10,223 nucleotides of DNA from assembly GCF_004376175.1 (NCBI RefSeq), contig NZ_SNUY01000062.1, positions 16,260 to 26,482 of the forward strand, in the 5' to 3' direction. Position 1 is the first letter of the stretch. The number at the start of each line of letters is the position of its first letter. Source of the stretch: Halalkalibacterium halodurans. GTDB lineage: Bacteria; Bacillota; Bacilli; Bacillales; Bacillaceae_D. Position numbers and translations under genes: made by a program. This document shows, piece after piece, positions 1 to 5,403 of this stretch. The notes under the pieces were generated by a model, which worked only from the letters and a program-made list of their open reading frames with translations, had not been told where the DNA came from and did not search any database.

Positions 1-167
1 ACCAGTTTACAAAGCATTAAAAGAGTTGTCTGGCTTTTAAAAAAGGCAAAATTCTTACCAAGAGAGTATCCTAAGAGTTTGAATCCGCTTTCAAATTTAA
101 GGTGTTAAAAAAACTGCCTATAAATACTTGACTCAAACGTGTATTTGTTTTCGATAGACGACTGGTT

Positions 168-176
168 TGATATGAT
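168..176 (+). promoter_or_regulatory. Putative extended -10 promoter element (TGaTATGAT) for the 246..1926 operon
   Basis: TG-n-TATGAT lies about 70 nt upstream of the ATG at 246. There is no good -35. A TTGACT at 128-133 has no matching -10 at 16-18 nt spacing. Confidence 0.25.
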
Positions 177-245
177 AGTAACGTATGAGTTAGAGAGGAA
201 GGACAGAAAAACTCCGATTGTTTTGCGATCGAGAGGAGAATAAAG

Positions 246-836
246 ATGCCAACAGGAAATAAAATCGTTTTTCTTTTGCCAGCGACTTTAATGGTGCTAC
301 TTTTCATAGGTGGTTATTTTTACTTACAGCAAGAAACAGAGTTTTCAAATGAAGAATTAAAGGATGTCGTCTCGTTTAATGTGGAGGCGGAAGCGATAGA
401 AAATCAATTAACTGTCCAAGTTGAATGGGACTGGAACGCGATGCCAACGGACGGATTATACGGCATGGACTACATCAGTATTGCTATGACGGAGCCTGCT
501 GATGAAATTGTTTTTACAGAAGGGGACATTCGCCTTTTTTATGGTCACGAGGAGATTTTTCGTTCCAAAGGGAAGGTTGTCTCCGATGGCGTGATTTTCT
601 CTTTTCCGAATGAATTGCGCGACTTCGAAAGCTTTGGCAACCTTGGTGAAATTGTCGTTGACATTGAAGGAGAACAGCTAGAGGAAACGGAACTAACGGT
701 TTATTATGTCCATACGTGGAGTCATCATTTAGGAATGCTCCGAGATTCGGCAAAGCTAGACGAGCCATCATTTGAAAATGGACCGAATGTACCGTATTGG
801 GTATTAACGAAGCCAGTTGAATATACACAGAAATGA
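246..836 (+). CDS. Hypothetical membrane-anchored (signal-anchor) protein with an acidic extracytoplasmic domain
   Basis: 196-aa ORF. The SD GAGAGGAG (231-238) sits 7 nt before the ATG. The N-terminal hydrophobic helix is IVFLLPATLMVLLFIGGYFYL, and the rest is acidic and looks beta-rich. I recognise no family. The stop lies 13 nt before the next gene's ATG, which suggests co-transcription. Confidence 0.65.
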   Translation: MPTGNKIVFLLPATLMVLLFIGGYFYLQQETEFSNEELKDVVSFNVEAEAIENQLTVQVEWDWNAMPTDGLYGMDYISIAMTEPADEIVFTEGDIRLFYGHEEIFRSKGKVVSDGVIFSFPNELRDFESFGNLGEIVVDIEGEQLEETELTVYYVHTWSHHLGMLRDSAKLDEPSFENGPNVPYWVLTKPVEYTQK

Positions 837-849
837 AGGGACCAAGCCG

Positions 850-1926
850 ATGAAAATTCGAGGATTATCGTTTCAGCAAGGGATTTTCTATATTGGCAAA
901 CGTCATGTAGCATGCGCGTACCATGTGAATGGACGACTGAAGACGTGGCTTCGTCCGTTGAACCAAAAAACGTTACTGCAAATGATGAAGCATGTGACCC
1001 AGGGGCTTCCCGTCTGGTTTAAATTACTCGTGCTGACCCTTCTTAGTCTCGTCCTCGTCCCGAAACTATTCGTAGCCTTAGGGATGATGACGTGGACGGG
1101 GCTTCCCCTTTATACGTTACTCTACTTAGCGTACGGCACTCATTTTATTTTTCCAACCGAATTGCGGAAATATCACGGAGCCGAACATAAAGTGTTTAGT
1201 GATCGGGGGCTCATTCGGCGAGCGAGATTAGAGGAAATAAGGCAAGCAGAAATCACGAACCGATACTGTTCAACAAACATGGTCGTTATCTACTTCGGGT
1301 CTGTCTGTTTCCTAACAATGGTTGGGCTTATAAGCGGATTGTCTATTGAGCTGACATTGATGTACGCTTCTTACAGTAGTGTATTCGCTGTCCCTATTGT
1401 GCAGCGTGTCATGGAGTGGCGGGGATTTGCTTGGCTTAGAAACATTATTCTTCACATATCCTACTGGCTGCAGCGACATGTGACAACCTTAGAACCTGAT
1501 ACGATGCATATGATTGCGGCTATTGAGTCTTATCGGCGGCTCGCCTTTCGAGAATTTCCTGACAGGGTAAGAACGCCGCGAAAACGGAAGGAGACTAGAA
1601 ATATGGCTATTGTGGATGTGACGGTTATTCCGATCGGTACGGAAACTCCGAGTGTATCTGCCTATGTAGCAGAGATTCATCAAGTCCTTAAAACATATGA
1701 AGATAAAGTGCGCTATGAACTAACGCCAATGAGCACGCTAATTGAAGGGGAGCTACCAATCTTATTTGAGGTGATTCAAGCAATACATGAAGTTCCATTT
1801 CAACACGGAATCAAACGTGTCGCGACGAACATCCGGATCGATGATCGCCGCGATGTGCAGCGGAAAATGGAAGAGAAAGTAGAAGCGGTTCGAGAAAAAT
1901 TAGAGCGAAAAGAAGAAAGCAAATAA
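850..1926 (+). CDS. DUF1385 (YqhQ-like) membrane protein fused in frame to a UPF0045 / MTH1187-YkoF-like (YqgV-like) domain
   Basis: The ORF is open from 817 (TTG, no SD). ATG 850 is preferred because AAGGGA (836-841) lies 8 nt upstream. The N-terminal part has several TM helices and the DUF1385 hallmarks KYHGAEHK, RYCST and LQRHVTTLEPD..AAIESY. The C-terminal ~107 aa (MAIVDVTVIPIGTETPSVSAYVAEIH...TPMSTLIEGE...RVATNIRIDDRRD) is typical of UPF0045/MTH1187. There is no stop codon between the two parts. Confidence 0.75.
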   Translation: MKIRGLSFQQGIFYIGKRHVACAYHVNGRLKTWLRPLNQKTLLQMMKHVTQGLPVWFKLLVLTLLSLVLVPKLFVALGMMTWTGLPLYTLLYLAYGTHFIFPTELRKYHGAEHKVFSDRGLIRRARLEEIRQAEITNRYCSTNMVVIYFGSVCFLTMVGLISGLSIELTLMYASYSSVFAVPIVQRVMEWRGFAWLRNIILHISYWLQRHVTTLEPDTMHMIAAIESYRRLAFREFPDRVRTPRKRKETRNMAIVDVTVIPIGTETPSVSAYVAEIHQVLKTYEDKVRYELTPMSTLIEGELPILFEVIQAIHEVPFQHGIKRVATNIRIDDRRDVQRKMEEKVEAVREKLERKEESK

Positions 1927-1931
1927 AAAGA

Positions 1932-1958
1932 AAAGGAAGGCCATCAAAGCCTTCCTTT
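1932..1958. terminator. Bidirectional rho-independent terminator between the 850..1926 (+) gene and the GNAT gene (-)
   Basis: Perfect 10-bp stem AAAGGAAGGC (1932-1941) / GCCTTCCTTT (1949-1958) with a 7-nt loop. The T-run is better on the minus-strand transcript (TTCTTTTTATTT) than on the plus strand. Confidence 0.7.
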
Positions 1959-1960
1959 CG

Positions 1961-2395
1961 CTATGATTCAATCGTTTTAACCATTGTCACATGAGGAATG
2001 CCAGCATCGAAAAATCGCTCCGATACGGTTTTAAATCCGAGTCTCTCATAAAATCCCTCGGCATGTGTTTGGGCGTTTAGCTTAAGCTTATGAACCCCAA
2101 CCTTATGAGCGAATGATTCAATCGACTCCATTAAAAGCTTCCCGGCTCCGGTGCCCCGCGCTTGTTTCATAATGCAAATTCGTTCGATCTTCCCAACATC
2201 AGTAGAGATCGTACGTAATCGGCCAGCTCCTACAGGCTGAGCCTGATCATCATAAAGCACAAAGTGTGTGGCTTCCTCCTCATACTCATCTATTTCCTCT
2301 TCTTCGGGAACGTGCTGTTCTTTTATAAACACTTCCCTCCGTACATGAAAACCATCCTCTAGCTGTTGATCTGTCTCTGCGATGATTACGTTCAA
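1961..2395 (-). CDS. yjcF: GNAT family N-acetyltransferase (YjcF-like)
   Basis: 144 aa. It has the acetyl-CoA binding motif A, QARGTGAGKLLM. The TTG start lies 1 nt after the upstream TAA stop, with the SD GGAAAGGA inside the end of the upstream gene, so translational coupling is likely. Gene order matches B. subtilis yjcH-yjcG-yjcF. Confidence 0.8.
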   Translation of the reverse strand: MNVIIAETDQQLEDGFHVRREVFIKEQHVPEEEEIDEYEEEATHFVLYDDQAQPVGAGRLRTISTDVGKIERICIMKQARGTGAGKLLMESIESFAHKVGVHKLKLNAQTHAEGFYERLGFKTVSERFFDAGIPHVTMVKTIES

Positions 2396-2396
2396 G

Positions 2397-2915
2397 TTAC
2401 TCTTCCTTTCCTAATTTAAAGGTTTCATAAACGGTCCATGATCCGTTATCCAGTTGGTATAATAGCTGGATACGATCAACGATTTCTTCATGTTGAATTT
2501 GCTTCATTTTTAGGCGGCCCAGGTTGTCTGATAGCTCATCATACGAAAGGTTTTGTCCGATTGTCAAGTGTGGGACAAAACTATACTTTTCGTTTCGTTT
2601 AAAAGGAGGTGTATGGAGTTGTTCGTAAAGCTCTGTTAATGCTGAATGCTCTCGTATTTTAAAGAAAAGGGTATTCGAAACAGGATAAAACGTATCGACT
2701 TTGTATACTTCAAGTGGGAACGGATCGACGCCTTTCGCGATCTCCCGAATTCGTTTGACCACTGAAGGTAATTCCTGTTCCTCTAGCTCAAAAGGCTCTT
2801 TTAACGTCACATGGGGTGGGATAAGCGTGTAATGCGGATCGTAACGCATCCTGTAGGAATTCGCTAAGTCCTGTAAAGGTTTTGATGGAAATAATGCAAC
2901 ACCGTAATTCATCAT
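2397..2915 (-). CDS. yjcG: 2H phosphoesterase superfamily protein (YjcG-like)
   Basis: It carries two HxT motifs, PHVTLK and PHLTIG. At 172 aa from the ATG at 2915 it is close to YjcG in size. A perfect SD AAAGGAGGA (2921-2929) lies upstream of that ATG. The ORF-track N-terminal extension to 3002 has no SD and overlaps the upstream gene. Confidence 0.85.
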   Translation of the reverse strand: MMNYGVALFPSKPLQDLANSYRMRYDPHYTLIPPHVTLKEPFELEEQELPSVVKRIREIAKGVDPFPLEVYKVDTFYPVSNTLFFKIREHSALTELYEQLHTPPFKRNEKYSFVPHLTIGQNLSYDELSDNLGRLKMKQIQHEEIVDRIQLLYQLDNGSWTVYETFKLGKEE

Positions 2916-2947
2916 GACAATCCTCCTTTTCAAATAGTGTGTATGAA

Positions 2948-3676
2948 TTAAGAAAATAATGTGATTAATCCTTGGGCTAAATCCTTTTGCCAATAGGTCC
3001 ACGTATGATCACCTGGAAATTCGTCATAATCGTACGTGAAGGCTTTTGTTTTTATAAGGTTGGCTAATTCACGATTCGGTGTGAGGAAATCAAGAATTTC
3101 GCCGTTCGTTGTTTTGACGTTCGTTTCCTCCGTGCCGATCCGATGGTAAATGGAAAGGGTGTCACCTCTCTCATACGCTCGCACCGCCTGAAGGACAGTG
3201 TCATCCACATAAGGTGAATGGACCATCACTTGTCCGAAAAGGGTAGGGTACTGTAAGGCGGTTAAGAGTGAGACGGTACCAGCTAGAGAGTCGCCTGCTA
3301 ATGTTCTCCCCGTGGATAACGGATGGGTTTGAAACGTCTCGTCGAGATAGGGAACGAGCTCACAGGCTAAAAAGCGAGTGTAAGCCTCCATTTCCTCTCC
3401 TTTGGGGTGATAGCGCTTTCTTCTTTGCTTAACATCTTTATAAGGGACTCCGACAACGATCACGTCACGAATTTCACCGTCTTTTATCAGTGTTTCCACC
3501 TGCCGGGCTATTCGTCCCATTTGAAAATAATCTTGACCGTCTTGCGCAATGAGCACATCATATGAATACAGAGGAGTATAGTTCGGTGGTAAATAAAACA
3601 TCAGCTTTAATTCATCATTTAAATAATGACTTGTCAATGTTTCTTCATATAGTTTTCCTTCAAATCGCTTGACCAT
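2948..3676 (-). CDS. yjcH: Alpha/beta-hydrolase 'putative esterase' family protein (YjcH-like)
   Basis: It has the nucleophile elbow GDSLAG and an esterase-like LPPNY...DVLIAQDGQDY N-terminal region. The start is set to ATG 3676 (MVKRFEGK), with GAAAGGA about 10 nt upstream. The ATG at 3712 has no SD. Confidence 0.75.
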   Translation of the reverse strand: MVKRFEGKLYEETLTSHYLNDELKLMFYLPPNYTPLYSYDVLIAQDGQDYFQMGRIARQVETLIKDGEIRDVIVVGVPYKDVKQRRKRYHPKGEEMEAYTRFLACELVPYLDETFQTHPLSTGRTLAGDSLAGTVSLLTALQYPTLFGQVMVHSPYVDDTVLQAVRAYERGDTLSIYHRIGTEETNVKTTNGEILDFLTPNRELANLIKTKAFTYDYDEFPGDHTWTYWQKDLAQGLITLFS

Positions 3677-3724
3677 TCGACTTCTATCCTTTCTACTGCC
3701 ACAATACGTCATTGAATTGCTTTT

Positions 3725-3733
3725 ATTTTACCA
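3725..3733 (-). promoter_or_regulatory. Putative extended -10 (TGgTAAAAT on the minus strand) for the yjcH-G-F operon
   Basis: The reverse complement of 3725-3733 reads TGGTAAAAT, about 45 nt upstream of the ATG at 3676. The -35 is weak. Confidence 0.3.
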
Positions 3734-3751
3734 TAATCACTATAAAAAGTA

Positions 3752-3760
3752 TGATAGAAT
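3752..3760 (+). promoter_or_regulatory. Putative extended -10 (TGaTAGAAT) for the pgpA/yutG-like gene
   Basis: TG-a-TAGAAT lies about 45 nt upstream of the TTG start at 3807. The -35 is weak. It lies in the same 130-bp divergent intergenic region as the yjcH promoter candidate. Confidence 0.3.
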
Positions 3761-3806
3761 AAAGTAGGATTGTTAGTTTTAGACGACGTCAGAGGGGGCC
3801 TAGCAG

Positions 3807-4358
3807 TTGAAAAAGCCAGTACCGAGCCATGTAGTTGAACAAGCAGCGCGTCAAAAGTTGCTTGAGCGCGGTGTAACCGTAAGAGATATTGCAGAAATCG
3901 TTTATTCGTTGCAAAAACCATACAATGAGTCGATGACGCTTGAAGATTGTATCGAAAGTACCGATGCTGTACTAGGAAAACGGGAAATTCAACATGCTAT
4001 TCTCGTAGGGATTGAGCTTGATGTGTTAGCAGAACAGAAAAAATTGTCTGAACCGCTACAATCCATCGTCGAGCAGGACGAGGGGTTGTTCGGTGTAGAC
4101 GAAACGATCGCGTTAGGCTCTGTTTTCGGGTACGGGAGCATCGCTGTGACAACCTTTGGTTATTTAGATAAACAAAAGGAAGGCATTATTAAAAAGCTAG
4201 ACGAGAAAAAGCCTCAGGTTCACACGTTTTTAGATGATTTAATTTCGAGCATTGCTGCTAATGCTGCTGCGCGCATCGCTCACCGAAGCCGTGATGAGGA
4301 AGAGAGCCGGAGCCGAGAAGAAGTGAAGAAACGTGAAGATGAAGAATTGATCGGTTAA
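3807..4358 (+). CDS. yutG: Phosphatidylglycerophosphatase A family protein (YutG / LtrC-like) with a highly charged C-terminal tail
   Basis: 183 aa. The TTG start follows the SD AGAGGGGG (3791-3798). Its overall pattern (ERGV...DIAE.V..LQK.Y...T.EDCIE....VL.KRE.Q.AI..GI.LD.LAE...L.EPLQSI...DEGL.GVDE..AL....YGSI......Y.DK.K.G....L......VHTFLDD) matches my memory of Bacillus YutG. Confidence 0.65.
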   Translation: MKKPVPSHVVEQAARQKLLERGVTVRDIAEIVYSLQKPYNESMTLEDCIESTDAVLGKREIQHAILVGIELDVLAEQKKLSEPLQSIVEQDEGLFGVDETIALGSVFGYGSIAVTTFGYLDKQKEGIIKKLDEKKPQVHTFLDDLISSIAANAAARIAHRSRDEEESRSREEVKKREDEELIG

Positions 4359-4363
4359 TGCTG

Positions 4364-4396
4364 AAAAAAGGTCTCTTGAATAAAAGGGCCTTTTTT
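4364..4396 (+). terminator. Rho-independent terminator after the yutG-like gene
   Basis: AAAAAAGGTC (4364-4373) pairs with GGCCTTTTTT (4387-4396), including one G-U pair. The T6 run is part of the 3' arm and tail. The loop is rather large, about 13 nt. Confidence 0.55.
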
Positions 4397-4414
4397 CTAC
4401 ATAAAAAACTCTAT

Positions 4415-4443
4415 TTGTATTCCATGCACGAACTAGATAAAAT
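4415..4443 (+). promoter_or_regulatory. Putative sigma-A type promoter for the small ORF (TTGTAT - 17 nt - TAAAAT)
   Basis: The -35 is TTGTAT (4415-4420) and the -10 is TAAAAT (4438-4443), with an exact 17-nt spacer. It lies just downstream of the yutG terminator. Confidence 0.35.
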
Positions 4444-4473
4444 AATTAAAAACAAGCGAGGAAGGCATTTGTG

Positions 4474-4653
4474 ATGAAAAGAAGACCACGATGGATTTAT
4501 TGGAAGGAGACGTTTCGTTCGAAATTTCAAGCTGGCTGTGTGGCAGCCAAAATCGAGGACAACTGGAAAAACGGCTATGAAATTGGCCCAAGTGTTGAAA
4601 TTCGCAAACTGAAGACGAATAAGTATGTTGTTCGTTATACTTATGATGAATAA
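4474..4653 (+). CDS. Small basic hypothetical protein (59 aa; 60 aa if it starts at GTG 4471)
   Basis: The SD GAGGAAGG (4458-4465) lies 8 nt before ATG 4474. The gene has its own promoter-like element and no hydrophobic segment. The sequence is MKRRPRWIYWKETFRSKF...KYVVRYTYDE. I recognise no family. Confidence 0.5.
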   Translation: MKRRPRWIYWKETFRSKFQAGCVAAKIEDNWKNGYEIGPSVEIRKLKTNKYVVRYTYDE

Positions 4654-4659
4654 CGAAGC

Positions 4660-4983
4660 TTACGGCTTTTCACGATATTTTCGAAAGACAGCGAGAGATT
4701 CGCGCAAGAACTCGACCTCTTCATCAGTAACGGTTTCAGAATATAGTAATTGTTTTTCCGGCGGTTGTTTTTGATAGGGAGCTGGTTCATCCGTACGTCC
4801 GAGCAAATAATCGGTAGAGCTATTAAAATATTCAGCCATTTTTACGAGCGTATCCATATCAGGCTTCCGATTGCCGTTCTCATATCCTGAAATGGTAGAT
4901 TCTGCTACGTTTATCTTTCTTCCAAGTTCTTTCATCGTAAGCCCGTGCTTCTTACGTAAATAGCGAAGACGTTCGGGAAACAT
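4660..4983 (-). CDS. XRE-family HTH transcriptional regulator, Xre/phage-repressor-like (107 aa)
   Basis: The HTH is LTMKELGRKINVAESTISGYENGNRKPD, followed by ...STDYLLGRTDEP and a ~40-aa C-terminal tail. The start is set to ATG 4983, with a strong SD GGGAGGTG 7 nt upstream. The ORF-track start at 5019 has no SD. Confidence 0.85.
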   Translation of the reverse strand: MFPERLRYLRKKHGLTMKELGRKINVAESTISGYENGNRKPDMDTLVKMAEYFNSSTDYLLGRTDEPAPYQKQPPEKQLLYSETVTDEEVEFLRESLAVFRKYREKP

Positions 4984-5033
4984 CCTACTACACCTCCCAA
5001 TCGATAAAAAGTGAAACATCCAATTTACTTCCT

Positions 5034-5062
5034 ATTATACTTTGCATTCTGCAAAGTTGTAA
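5034..5062 (-). promoter_or_regulatory. Sigma-A promoter of the 107-aa XRE gene (minus strand: TTACAA - 17 nt - TATAAT)
   Basis: On the minus strand the -35 is TTACAA (plus 5057-5062) and the -10 is a consensus TATAAT (plus 5034-5039). The spacer is exactly 17 nt. It lies about 50 nt upstream of the ATG at 4983. Confidence 0.6.
5039..5057. promoter_or_regulatory. Operator-like perfect palindrome ACTTTGCA-TTC-TGCAAAGT filling the spacer of the minus-strand promoter
   Basis: The 8-bp perfect inverted arms are 5039-5046 and 5050-5057, separated by 3 bp. The palindrome lies exactly between the -35 and -10 hexamers of the XRE promoter. Confidence 0.55.
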
Positions 5063-5066
5063 GAAA

Positions 5067-5092
5067 AATTCATTTTCTTCTCGAAATGAATT
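5067..5092. promoter_or_regulatory. Second operator-like inverted repeat AATTCATTT-N8-AAATGAATT overlapping the -35 of the plus-strand promoter
   Basis: The 9-bp perfect inverted arms are 5067-5075 and 5084-5092. The right arm overlaps TTGACT (5091-5096). Its sequence is unrelated to the first palindrome. Confidence 0.45.
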
Positions 5093-5120
5093 GACTACTA
5101 TTCACTATGCGTTGTAAACT
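5091..5120 (+). promoter_or_regulatory. Putative promoter for the 73-aa XRE gene (TTGACT - 18 nt - TAAACT)
   Basis: The -35 is TTGACT (5091-5096) and the -10 candidate is TAAACT (5115-5120). An alternative -10, TATAAC (5121-5126), has no good -35. Either choice places the transcript start downstream of the ATG at 5107. Confidence 0.35.
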
Positions 5121-5148
5121 TATAACAAATGGTGAAGAAAGTGGTGTG

Positions 5149-5370
5149 ATGATGAGCCTCTTACGAAAAACGCGGAAAAAAAAGGGGTATTCGCTGGAAG
5201 AGGCCTCTCAAAAGCTAGGCATTTCAGCTGGTTACTTGTCTCAAATTGAATTGGGCCAGCGCCAAGTAAGCAGGGAGAGGGCCATGCAAATCGCTGCATT
5301 GTATGGATTGTCGCACGAGGATTTATTTTATCCAACCCGGTTTGCTCGCAAAATGGAACGGAAAGACTAG
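5149..5370 (+). CDS. Small XRE-family HTH protein, Cro-like (73 aa)
   Basis: The HTH is YSLEEASQKLGISAGYLSQIELGQRQVS, and the protein is a single domain. The start is uncertain: GTG 5146, ATG 5149 or ATG 5152. The nearby SD is only moderate (GGTG 5143-5146, or GGTGAAG 5131-5137). The ORF-track ATG at 5107 has no SD and probably lies upstream of the transcript start. Confidence 0.75.
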   Translation: MMSLLRKTRKKKGYSLEEASQKLGISAGYLSQIELGQRQVSRERAMQIAALYGLSHEDLFYPTRFARKMERKD

Positions 5371-5402
5371 AAATGCGGAAGGAGAAAATCCCTCCGCATT
5401 TC
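5370..5402. terminator. Bidirectional rho-independent terminator between the small XRE gene (+) and fumC (-)
   Basis: GAAATGCGGA(A)GG (5370-5382) pairs with CCTCCGCATTTC (5391-5402), with one bulged A. T-rich tails are present in both orientations. It sits directly between the two stop codons. Confidence 0.75.
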
Positions 5403-5403
5403 T

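Noticed and set aside
1-108. Possible 3' end of an upstream plus-strand gene. Frame 2 is open to a TAA at 38-40 (...PVYKALKELSGF*). Frame 1 is open to a TAA at 106-108.
   Set aside because: It is too short to identify or even to choose the frame, and no clear terminator follows. The weak TTTGAA-N6-TTCAAA hairpin is only A/T pairs. It is not reported as a feature.
189-245. A second SD-like AGAGGAAGGA (192-203), a possible 14-codon uORF starting at TTG 218, and small CGAT/ATCG pairings in the leader of the first gene.
   Set aside because: The SD-to-TTG spacing is about 14 nt, which is too long. The pairings are only 4 bp. There is no convincing attenuator or riboswitch architecture.
817-849. 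N-terminal extensions proposed by the ORF track. These are TTG 817 for the DUF1385 gene, and likewise 3002 for yjcG, 3712 for yjcH, 5019 for the XRE gene, 5107 for the small XRE gene, 6846 for fumC and 8843 for msrB.
   Set aside because: In most cases an internal start has a much better SD at proper spacing and gives the length expected for the family. For the small XRE gene the internal SD is only moderate, and its start is chosen mainly on promoter position. The extended starts lack an SD and often overlap the upstream gene or promoter.
4474-4983. A toxin-antitoxin interpretation, with the small ORF as toxin and the XRE protein as antitoxin, or a type I system with 3'-overlapping antisense.
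   Set aside because: The genes are convergent rather than co-transcribed as in type II systems. The small protein is hydrophilic and basic, not a hydrophobic type I toxin peptide. No toxin-family motif is recognisable. It is kept only as a transcript-overlap observation.
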